DNA of 64,000 nucleotides, from the IMG/VR virus record IMGVR_UViG_3300015371_000016, positions 13,128 through 77,127 of that record; one strand, given 5' to 3'. Of the stretch, positions 19,617-27,114 are shown in pieces (within the stretch, counting starts at the first letter, position 1; each line of letters opens with the position of its first letter). The position numbers and the translations under genes are program-made. This stretch comes from a virus. Under the pieces are notes generated by a model that saw nothing but the letters and a program-made list of their open reading frames with translations, was not told the origin of the DNA and did no database searches.

Positions 19617-21382
19617 GCAGGCAGTTTCTCCCGTGCGGTATCGAGCGCCTGCCTTCCACGTGCTGTCAACATGTCGTCGGGCAGATCGCGTAGGTGGTAG
19701 ATGTAAACGTAATAGCAGCGGCAGTTGTGCGTTACGACTCCCTGGGCTACATACCAATTATTGATAGTTTGGAGATTGTAGACGTGCCCAGACCAAGGCC
19801 GGTTATTGATGTGGACCACATTGCTGCGCTTCGTAGCGAAGGGAAGGCTGTCTATGAAATTGCTGACGCCATTCACGTAAAGCCGACGACCCTCTGGGAG
19901 TGGCACAGGAATAGATGGATCGATCTCGGGCCAAAGTTGCCCCCTAGCCCGCGTATTTGTCTCGACCAACGCGCTATCCGCGCCGCCCATGACAGCGGTG
20001 AAAGTGTGCTCTCGATAGCCAATAGGTTTGGCGTATCGCGTTTGACGATCAAACGTCATATTCAGAAGGCCGGCGGACAACCTCGTACCCAGACTGAGGC
20101 AAATATCCTCATCGCTAGAAATAAGACGCCCGACCAACATAGTGCTGACGCCAAGGCTGCTCATCAAGCTAGACGAGGCAAAAAGGCTTCGCGCACCGAA
20201 TTGCTGCGTAGAGCAAGAAGTCAGTCCAAGATAATCGGGTACGGAGAGGCCGAACTTGTTACCGCTCTTACTGCTAAGAACCTGCGCCCCGACGTACAAC
20301 GGCCTGTAGGTCCATACAATATCGATATCGCTATCGGTACCATCGCCGTGGAATTGCTGGCGCTGCCCACGCCGTGTCTCAGAGAACCCAAATTTCACGA
20401 GCGAGCTATATATTTGCTCAATGCTGGGTATTGCATCGTTATCGTCAGATTCCGTCCCGGCGACCTCTCCGGTAGCCTCGATGACGTGATCGCCATTATT
20501 CAAAGACTGAATAGGACGCCACCCGCACGGCGTAAGAATTGGATGATTTGGTGTCGCGCGGAGCGTTTTACCCGTGTCCGTAATCAGCTCGGTCAATTGA
20601 CCGCTGTACCAGCGCCGATACGCTACTTCCACACCATCAGCGAATGGAAGCCTGGTATCTCCCGGTAAGCAGAATATTTCTTCGCCCGGCTGAGTGATCT
20701 TGTCCGAGAAGCCCGCGTCTCCGGCCCGCATGAAGCCGCGTGTGTGCGCCCAGCTATTCCGGATCGCATACACCTGCTGGTCGCGCTCCTTGTGGTCCTC
20801 GCGATAATCGTAGCCGGACTGGCGCCAGTGTGAGCGCCAGCGTGCGGCAATCGCTCCCGCGTCCTCTGCTAGGATCGCCGAGACCGAAGCATTCAGCTTG
20901 TGACCCTGATCGATGATCACCCGTCGCTCGACGAACGGCAGCGAGGTCAGACCCTTGCGTATCTCCCGCTTCTGCTCTCTGCGGTCGAGCTGGTCGGTGC
21001 CGCCAATCGGGACACTGGTGGCCCAGCCCTGAAAGCGCCTCAGCGTGTCGTTGATCGCCTGCTCACGGTTCAGTTTGATCAGATCGGCTGACGCCTGGAT
21101 GCGTCGGTTTAGTTCCGCCCGCAGCTTCGGCGCTATCCGCTGTACCGTAAAGCGATCTACACCTGGATGGCGGCGCAGCACCGTTCCTTCATCGATCAAT
21201 CGCGTGTAGGTCGAGCCTAGCACCTTGCGCAGCTCTTCGGCCAATGAACGCTCTGACACCATGTCAGTAATGGCCGCCTCGCGGATCAGATCGATCCAAT
21301 ACTGCAAACGCTCTTCGGACTCATAGCCGTGCTCAGCGATATCGTTCAGCGCGTCAGTGACAACCTGGAAGAACGTGGCCAT
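19613..21382 (-). CDS. Head morphogenesis protein (Mu gpF / SPP1 gp7-like) containing an intein
   Basis: IDQGHKL, W.SHWRQ.GYDYREDHKERD, PGEEIF[intein]CRC motifs. Confidence 0.85.
   Translation of the reverse strand: MATFFQVVTDALNDIAEHGYESEERLQYWIDLIREAAITDMVSERSLAEELRKVLGSTYTRLIDEGTVLRRHPGVDRFTVQRIAPKLRAELNRRIQASADLIKLNREQAINDTLRRFQGWATSVPIGGTDQLDRREQKREIRKGLTSLPFVERRVIIDQGHKLNASVSAILAEDAGAIAARWRSHWRQSGYDYREDHKERDQQVYAIRNSWAHTRGFMRAGDAGFSDKITQPGEEIFCLPGDTRLPFADGVEVAYRRWYSGQLTELITDTGKTLRATPNHPILTPCGWRPIQSLNNGDHVIEATGEVAGTESDDNDAIPSIEQIYSSLVKFGFSETRRGQRQQFHGDGTDSDIDIVWTYRPLYVGAQVLSSKSGNKFGLSVPDYLGLTSCSTQQFGARSLFASSSLMSSLGVSTMLVGRLISSDEDICLSLGTRLSAGLLNMTFDRQTRYAKPIGYREHTFTAVMGGADSALVETNTRARGQLWPEIDPSIPVPLPEGRRLYVNGVSNFIDSLPFATKRSNVVHINNRPWSGHVYNLQTINNWYVAQGVVTHNCRCYYVYIYHLRDLPDDMLTARGRQALDTAREKLPA
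19724..20671 (-). mobile_element. Intein, 316 aa, inserted in PGEEIF^CRC
   Basis: Block A CLPGDT, block B LRATPNHPILT..GW, block F/G VYNLQT..WYVAQGVVTHN followed by Cys+1. Confidence 0.9.
19784..20668 (+). CDS. HTH + DUF559/Vsr-like endonuclease nested antisense within the intein
   Basis: GGAG RBS at 19771 before GTG 19784; two HTH-like segments (GKAVYEIADAIHVKPTTL; GESVLSIANRFGVSRLTI); E.EL..L...Q.PVGPYNIDIA...AVE...R..YLLNAGY.IV.V. Confidence 0.75.
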   Translation: MPRPRPVIDVDHIAALRSEGKAVYEIADAIHVKPTTLWEWHRNRWIDLGPKLPPSPRICLDQRAIRAAHDSGESVLSIANRFGVSRLTIKRHIQKAGGQPRTQTEANILIARNKTPDQHSADAKAAHQARRGKKASRTELLRRARSQSKIIGYGEAELVTALTAKNLRPDVQRPVGPYNIDIAIGTIAVELLALPTPCLREPKFHERAIYLLNAGYCIVIVRFRPGDLSGSLDDVIAIIQRLNRTPPARRKNWMIWCRAERFTRVRNQLGQLTAVPAPIRYFHTISEWKPGISR

Positions 21383-21394
21383 TCGTTCCTACTG

Positions 21395-21619
21395 ACGTTG
21401 CGTTGCGTTGCGTTGCGTTGCGCAGCGGTGCGTGGCGGTGCGTGGCGCTGTGGAGAGGCGCGTTGCGGAGCGGAGCGATGCGGAGCGAAGTGGTGCGGTG
21501 CGGTGCGTTGCGTGGCGGTGCGCAGCGATGCAGCGCGGCGAGGTGCGGTGCGCGGCCGGGCGGAGCGTGGCGTGGCGTGGAGAAGCGCGGCGAGGCGTAG
21601 CGGTGCGTGGCGGCGCGAA
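21395..21619 (-). repeat. Phased pentamer array A, 45 units (plus strand GCG-NN; minus strand NN-CGC)
   Basis: Parsed by hand: unbroken 5-nt register, triplet mostly GCG (variants GAG, GTG, GCA, GCC, ACG), variable dinucleotide. Confidence 0.9.
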
Positions 21620-21623
21620 GACA

Positions 21624-22145
21624 TTACTTCCTGACATGAGAACGTCGTGGCGACAGACTGATCATCCATTCGACTGCATTGAACGCGGGCAGATCGTTGG
21701 ACGATCCGCGTGATACCTTCTCGATAGCTCGTACACCGCGCCTCGAAAGCGTCCATAGCGCCGCTTCGCGCACGATCGAGTCCGTAGAAAACCGTGCCTG
21801 CTCGTCGAGATTTAAAGCGTCTAGCTCCACTACCTCTGCCTGCTTCCGGCCGGCGCCAAGTCGGTTATTGGCTCCCTTAAGATACCAAGAATGCTGTCGC
21901 TCGGCGATCTCTGGATCGGTCAGCCGACGCAGTCCGATCCTCGGACGGATGCAATCCCAAACTTGCAAATGTTCTCTCTCAAGTATGCGGCGCGCGGAAA
22001 TCAGAAAGCCAGTAGAGGAAGTCACAGGTACGCCAGCTATCGACGATAGGTCTTCGTAAGTGAAGACTGATCCTTTCTCGTTCTGGGCCAGATATCGAAC
22101 TAGGGCTGATGTAACCCCCGAACGCTCGAACTTGATCACGATCAA
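21624..22145 (-). CDS. Hypothetical protein with wHTH-like N-terminus, partner of the RAMP-like gene
   Basis: 173 aa; TAAGGA RBS; GSVFTYEDLSSIAG..SARRILERE pattern; bounded by arrays A and B. Confidence 0.65.
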   Translation of the reverse strand: MIVIKFERSGVTSALVRYLAQNEKGSVFTYEDLSSIAGVPVTSSTGFLISARRILEREHLQVWDCIRPRIGLRRLTDPEIAERQHSWYLKGANNRLGAGRKQAEVVELDALNLDEQARFSTDSIVREAALWTLSRRGVRAIEKVSRGSSNDLPAFNAVEWMISLSPRRSHVRK

Positions 22146-22155
22146 TCCTTATATT

Positions 22156-22415
22156 GCGTTGCGTTGCGTGGCGGCGAGATGCGAGGCGTAGCGCGGCGTT
22201 GCGAGGAGGCGATCTGCGTTGCGTTGCGTTGAGGCGAGGTGCGAGGCGGTGCGGAGCGTCGCGTTGCGGTGCGCAGCGGCGAGCGGCGCTGAGGGGTGGC
22301 GCGTGGCGATGCGTAGCGTTGCGTGGCGACGAGCTGCGCGGCGGCGAGTTGCGAAGCGTAGCGTGGCGTCGAGCTGCGAAGCGGTGCGTCGCGAAGCGCT
22401 GCGGGGCGTGGCGCC
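22156..22415 (-). repeat. Phased pentamer array B, 52 units
   Basis: Unbroken 5-nt register GCG/GAG/GTG-NN on plus strand, followed by GATAT. Confidence 0.9.
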
Positions 22416-22419
22416 GATA

Positions 22420-23007
22420 TCAGACTTTTAACTCCTGCCACTCGAACTTGGTTACACGGAAGCGCCCATTGCTGCCGGCATTAGCGGGCCGTCCACGACC
22501 GAGGCCGACGATCATCCCGCCTGATCTGAGAGTATGCTCGAAGACCTCGGCAGTAATAATGTCATCGACAACCGTGAACTCAGCGACGCCGTGCCATTTA
22601 TCGAATACCGGAAAGCGGCGCTTGACGCGCTTTCCTGATCCACGCACGCCGTCAGAATTGGCGTTGATCATAACCATCTTGGCGTCGTCTGGCTTGAGCG
22701 GCTTGCCGTTCGCGATCGGCATATTCCCGTTGCAGATTACGCCGGAGGTAAAGAAGCTCTTATATGTCGCTCCGCGCCGGCCGGGCACCTTGTCGCCCAG
22801 CTTCTGCGCTGCGAGATCGATGCATTGCTTCAGTCCCATCTGTGGAACACAGACTTGCCCTTCCGCTGTCGTGGTGCACTTTTCCCGCCACGTCCGCGCG
22901 TCATAGTCATCGTGAGACTCGCGATCTAGCCACGGCGCTTCGTGCAGCGCGGATTGGCTATAGGGTGAGCCAGGAATCGATTCCAGATATGCTTTGCATG
23001 TCTTCAT
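22420..23007 (-). CDS. Stand-alone Cas7/RAMP-like protein
   Basis: 195 aa; N-terminal strand + SP, VPQMGLKQCI (cf. RAMP IPGSSLKGAL), RFPVF..W.G..EF.V, Gly-rich loop GLGRGRPANAGSNGRF before the final strand. Confidence 0.7.
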   Translation of the reverse strand: MKTCKAYLESIPGSPYSQSALHEAPWLDRESHDDYDARTWREKCTTTAEGQVCVPQMGLKQCIDLAAQKLGDKVPGRRGATYKSFFTSGVICNGNMPIANGKPLKPDDAKMVMINANSDGVRGSGKRVKRRFPVFDKWHGVAEFTVVDDIITAEVFEHTLRSGGMIVGLGRGRPANAGSNGRFRVTKFEWQELKV

Positions 23008-23037
23008 CCTAGATTATTCCTTGTTGCGTGCGTTTTT

Positions 23038-23163
23038 GTGACGGGATGCGGTGCGGTGCGACCGAGTCGCGGTGCGGTGCGTTGCGTCGCGTTGCGATGC
23101 GAGGCGTCGAGGTGCGGAGCGATGCGTGGCGTTGCGGTGCGACGAGATGCGATGCGACGCGTC
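23038..23163 (-). repeat. Phased pentamer array C, 25 units with one 1-nt slip at about 23063
   Basis: GCG-NN register on plus strand, followed by GATAT as in array B. Confidence 0.85.
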
Positions 23164-23183
23164 GATATCCCTCAGAGACCGGC

Positions 23184-23278
23184 CCGTCACGGCTGGTGCA
23201 CGTTCCAGCGGCGCCCATAGCGCCACCGATCCCAAAGGAATTGGTAATATCTATCGTGCTCTCCAGGCACCGTGACGG
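23184..23278 (-). ncRNA. Predicted structured leader upstream of array C
   Basis: CCGTCACGG/CCGTGACGG, CTGG/CCAG and GCACG/CGTGC nested stems enclosing a GGCGC-CCATA-GCGCC hairpin and a second imperfect hairpin. Confidence 0.45.
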
Positions 23279-23342
23279 CGGCGCTTTCGCCGGGCATGAA
23301 GGCACAACTTTATATGCGGGTCAAGCGGTTCCTTCTGTTATG

Positions 23343-23402
23343 GCGAAGCGTTGCGTTGCGTTGCGTGGAGTCGCGCGGTGATGCGTCGCGTGGCGGCGTA
23401 GT
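23343..23402 (-). repeat. Phased pentamer array D, about 12 units
   Basis: GCGAA GCGTT GCGTT GCGTT GCGTG GAGTC GCGCG GTGAT GCGTC GCGTG GCGGC GTAGT. Confidence 0.8.
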
Positions 23403-23419
23403 GACGCACCCTAGCAGAT

Positions 23420-24910
23420 TTATCTCGAACTAGCCAATTTGAAGCTAGGTGGCTTAAGCCCAGCCGCCATTCCGTTGGCGCCCTGGCCGCCCTGGTCCAT
23501 AAGCAAGCTCTTCTGTTGCGCATCCTGCATATCCTGCGCATGCGCGGCAAGGGCCTCGGTATCCAGAGAAAGCGTGCCCTGGAAGATCAGCTCAGCTTTA
23601 TTGACCTCGCTTTGCAGCCACTCGGTCAGCCGAGCCTTATTCTCGGGATCTAAGCTGCCATCGTTCAGTAGCTGGTAAAGCGCCAGCGCCGCCTTCATCT
23701 TTGTATCCTCAACCTTCACCTTCTCGCTGTCGGGCTCTTGGATCAGCGAAGGCCACTCGGCCGTGAAGTTATTCTGCCATGTCTGCAACGCTGAGGCGTA
23801 GCGGACGTTGCCATATTCCTGCGGATACTCCTGCTGGATGCCTCGATAGAATTCTTCGTTCCAGGCACGGTGTTGGACGATGTTGGTCAGCCACTCATAG
23901 ACCGGGTCCATGCTCTCGCGGAAGCCGTCCACAAAGCGAGCAATCACCTTGGCATCCTCGGTGCCCTCGCCGAAGCCCTCGACCATCGTTTCGTTCTCTA
24001 GCAGGATCGCCGGCAGAGCCGCACCGGTCGCTAGATTCTTGAGAATATTATTCCTCGCGAATGTGCCGGCGCCGTCGATATTCGTTAGATTGAGCGAAGA
24101 GATATCTTCGTCCACGCCGATCGACAACACGTTGTCCGTGCGGCCCTCTTGCAGCATCGATCGCTTGCGAGCGAATATGTTGATCATCCCTCTATTAGCG
24201 ATACCACCGGGTGCCTGCATCTTTGCGATCAGCAGTCCCGCTTTCCGGGCGATCATGTCGTCGGTGATCATGCAGTGCAGGTAGCTCTTGAGCGGATAAA
24301 GCACCCGCTGAAAAACCGATCTTCCCGTGAATCCGAACGCGCTGCCGGTATACGATATATACAGCGGCTCCTCGTTCATCACCACACACGTGCGGCTGGG
24401 ATGGTAGGTCTCACCCTGCGTCGTTACCTGCATCGCCTTTTGGAACAGTGGCGAATTCGGGTCCTGGTCGAGCATTAGGCTGCCGGCGGTATTCAGCGGA
24501 TCGAGCACGTTCAGGAATATGCTGTCCGTCGCTAGAGTCCCTACTTCCAACGGTGCCGTCGCTGGCTTGCCCTCGATGCCTAGCACCACCGAAGAAAGGC
24601 CGTAGATGCGCGACTGCTTGATGACGTTCGCGATGACCTTGTCGGCCTTCATCGCACGCCACTGTTTCTGGAATGCCTCGGCTACTCGCTCGGGCGCGCC
24701 TGAGACGGTGATCTCTCGGTCCTGGCTCTGTGCGAGCTGGATCGGCGCTTCGACCATCTTGGCGCCGATCGGATGATACAGATAGATCAGCTTGCAGAGC
24801 TGGTAGCTCACGTCGCTGCCGGGCAGGATATCGTCAGCGGTCAGTATCTGCATCAGCGCCGGCCCGACATTGGAGCCGACGACCGAGATCGATGCTCCGC
24901 TACCGCTCAT
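23420..24910 (-). CDS. Portal protein (DUF1073-like)
   Basis: YQLCKLIYLYHPIGAKM, VLDPLNTAGS, YHPSRT, FGFTGRSV, GFGEGTED motifs; follows TerL. Confidence 0.85.
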   Translation of the reverse strand: MSGSGASISVVGSNVGPALMQILTADDILPGSDVSYQLCKLIYLYHPIGAKMVEAPIQLAQSQDREITVSGAPERVAEAFQKQWRAMKADKVIANVIKQSRIYGLSSVVLGIEGKPATAPLEVGTLATDSIFLNVLDPLNTAGSLMLDQDPNSPLFQKAMQVTTQGETYHPSRTCVVMNEEPLYISYTGSAFGFTGRSVFQRVLYPLKSYLHCMITDDMIARKAGLLIAKMQAPGGIANRGMINIFARKRSMLQEGRTDNVLSIGVDEDISSLNLTNIDGAGTFARNNILKNLATGAALPAILLENETMVEGFGEGTEDAKVIARFVDGFRESMDPVYEWLTNIVQHRAWNEEFYRGIQQEYPQEYGNVRYASALQTWQNNFTAEWPSLIQEPDSEKVKVEDTKMKAALALYQLLNDGSLDPENKARLTEWLQSEVNKAELIFQGTLSLDTEALAAHAQDMQDAQQKSLLMDQGGQGANGMAAGLKPPSFKLASSR

Positions 24911-24911
24911 G

Positions 24912-26249
24912 TCAGAACCCCTTAGCGTCACCCAGCGCGCAGGCTATGCCGTAGCAAAAAGCGTCGAGCAGATCGTCTTCGCGATTGTCGATCCCTACTC
25001 TGTAACCGACCACTTGGCCGAGAAGATGGTTCCGGCTGGTCTCATTATATATGAGTGTGCGATCATAGGCCGGGCCGGATATCTTGACCTCGCCACGGTG
25101 CACGTAGCCGCTCACTGAGACCGCCCTGGCGTCCTTCCCTAGTGCCACAAGCTGGCTGTCGATCGGATCGGCCGGCAGACCTCGGCGCCTTGCTTGCTGG
25201 AGCAGGATCGTGCCTGAGCCCTTGTCCTCGATGTAAGCGCCCGTCGCACCGAAGCGCGCGTGGCACTGTCTCGCCAGCTCTTCCATGCGCTGGTAGACAC
25301 CCGGCAGCCAGACTTCGAGCAGCGAGCCTTCCACCTTAATAATATCGTAGTCCAGGATTATCAGCGGCGTGCCGACATGCTGGCTGCGAGCCCAGTAGAT
25401 CACCGCTGTGCCGTCGTGCTGGCTTCTGTCCTTCAGCGCGGTATCGATCGTGCAGAAGACCAGATCACAGAAGGACGGGTAATCGACCGGCCTGTCGTTA
25501 TCGAGCAGCGCAGGCAGCGGAAAGAACGCTGCTCCGCTAAAGTCCACGAACTCAGCGAGGTACTCTTGCTGATAGACCAGCGGATGCGTCTCCGCCTCGA
25601 TCTGCCGAAGCTCCTCTCTGGGCATGTAGGGATTAGCGCTGGTAGGCGCGTGATACTCGACGAAGCCCATGTCCGCGTTATTGCAGAGCTGCCAAAGGAA
25701 ATTGTCTGGATCGATCCCGTTGGTGTTCGACAGCGCGATACAAGAACCGCGATAGTCCACTAGGGTCGGCCGTATCGCCTTCCGCCAAATGTCCCTCATG
25801 TTCGACTTGGCGAAGGCCGCTTCGTCGATGACGACCTGATGGTAGCGTCGTGACCGGCCCGCCCGCTCATTCTCTAGCGACCAGAAATCTATGCGGCCGC
25901 CCGCATTGGTCCTGATCAGTCCGTCGTTCCTCGATGCCCTGGTGACACAGGGAGCCAACATTGTCGCCAGCTCAGAATATGCCTCGGCGATGAACTTATA
26001 CTCCGGCGCGAACCATCCGACGAATTTACCGCGCAAGGCTGCGTCGGCCGCTATCGTCTGTCCTAATAGGGTCTTGCCCCACCGCCTGCCGCATCGGACG
26101 ACCTTGAACCTCCCTGGCATTTGGAAGGCACGAATCTGATCTTCGTGAAGGACGGGCAAATATACTTCCCGAGTGGAACCGTCCGAGCTGCTGCCGCCTC
26201 TGTTGTATGGTAGCTCAACTCGGAAGACTTGCTCCGTTTCCTCGGTCAT
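24912..26249 (-). CDS. terL: Terminase large subunit
   Basis: Walker A RCGRRWGKT, Walker B VVIDEAA, nuclease IDTA..DG, IEDKGSG, DDLLDA. Confidence 0.92.
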   Translation of the reverse strand: MTEETEQVFRVELPYNRGGSSSDGSTREVYLPVLHEDQIRAFQMPGRFKVVRCGRRWGKTLLGQTIAADAALRGKFVGWFAPEYKFIAEAYSELATMLAPCVTRASRNDGLIRTNAGGRIDFWSLENERAGRSRRYHQVVIDEAAFAKSNMRDIWRKAIRPTLVDYRGSCIALSNTNGIDPDNFLWQLCNNADMGFVEYHAPTSANPYMPREELRQIEAETHPLVYQQEYLAEFVDFSGAAFFPLPALLDNDRPVDYPSFCDLVFCTIDTALKDRSQHDGTAVIYWARSQHVGTPLIILDYDIIKVEGSLLEVWLPGVYQRMEELARQCHARFGATGAYIEDKGSGTILLQQARRRGLPADPIDSQLVALGKDARAVSVSGYVHRGEVKISGPAYDRTLIYNETSRNHLLGQVVGYRVGIDNREDDLLDAFCYGIACALGDAKGF

Positions 26250-26685
26250 GTCCGTTGCTCTGCTCTTCTTCCTCTTCGTCGGCACCGATCTGCGGCTGGT
26301 GATAGACCGTAGCCGGCAGACCGCCATGGATCACGATCGTCGTGGTTCCGGGCTGGCTCGATCCTAACGGTAGGCTAGGATCGTCGGACACTGGCTGCAC
26401 CTTCCATTCCGGCCCACCGAACAGACACATCCAGTATTTAATCGCATTTACGTTGCCGGATATACCTGCCCGGATCAAGGCAGCGATCAGCGTCGCTTTG
26501 ACGGTCTCCCTTCCGCCGTTCAAGTCCTCTCGGAAGTATTTATAGAGCGTCTTCACCGTGATGCCGCCAGACGATCTGCGCACCACATTAGCGATCACGC
26601 CATGGCTTATTCCGTGCGACGATAGCGTCTGCACCAAAAATCGTTCTTCTGGTGTGGGCTCGAAAGTAACTCCGCGACGGGCCAT
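26215..26685 (-). CDS. terS: Terminase small subunit
   Basis: HTH (GISHGVIA..TLYKYFREDL), GNVNAIKYW; directly upstream of terL. Confidence 0.75.
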   Translation of the reverse strand: MARRGVTFEPTPEERFLVQTLSSHGISHGVIANVVRRSSGGITVKTLYKYFREDLNGGRETVKATLIAALIRAGISGNVNAIKYWMCLFGGPEWKVQPVSDDPSLPLGSSQPGTTTIVIHGGLPATVYHQPQIGADEEEEEQSNGHDRGNGASLPS

Positions 26686-26716
26686 GCGCTATTCCTTATT
26701 CATGCAAGAGTCTGAA

Positions 26717-27070
26717 TTATCGCGCACGATCAAAGCGCGGGACGAAGAGGAACGTGTGTCCCTTACAAGGCCGGAAGCGGATTACTCGCGGATTAGCCAA
26801 TACGAACCCATAAGGTCCAGTGAACCAGGGTGACGGGTGCCCGGTGACGCAATCGACAAGTTCGACCGAGCCGATAATACCGCCTCGCTGATCAGGACAA
26901 TCTTTCTCCCACAACTTCCATGTGGCCGGATCCACGTCTCGGTGCCACGCTTGGCCCGCGTGTATCCACACCCGACCACGGAAGGCGGTCTGCCACGTCC
27001 GATTCTCGACGGTCTTTATCCCGCTGATGATTAGCCCTGCATAGGGCTGTCTGATCGATATCGCCTTCAC
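26717..27070 (-). CDS. ASCH domain protein
   Basis: ISIRQPYA.LI..G.KTVENRTW..RGRVWIHA; GGIIGSVELVDC. Confidence 0.9.
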   Translation of the reverse strand: MKAISIRQPYAGLIISGIKTVENRTWQTAFRGRVWIHAGQAWHRDVDPATWKLWEKDCPDQRGGIIGSVELVDCVTGHPSPWFTGPYGFVLANPRVIRFRPCKGHTFLFVPRFDRAR

Positions 27071-27114
27071 TTGGGATATATTCCTGCCACGGCCAGTCGG
27101 ACATAGCCGGTCTC

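Noticed and set aside
21395-23402. Classical CRISPR array or simple microsatellite
   Set aside because: No 25-45 bp repeat with unique spacers; dinucleotides vary non-periodically, unlike slippage repeats
21395-23402. Self-target of the NN code within this window
   Set aside because: Not testable by eye; needs a gapped-pattern search, so no claim is made
21329-23550. Many Arg/Ala/Cys-rich ORFs on both strands over the pentamer arrays
   Set aside because: Artefacts of stop-poor 5-nt periodic repeats; no RBS or protein-like composition
23420-24910. Anti-CBASS Acb1 label often attached to DUF1073 proteins
   Set aside because: Position and motifs indicate portal; no HxT/HxS phosphodiesterase pair recognised
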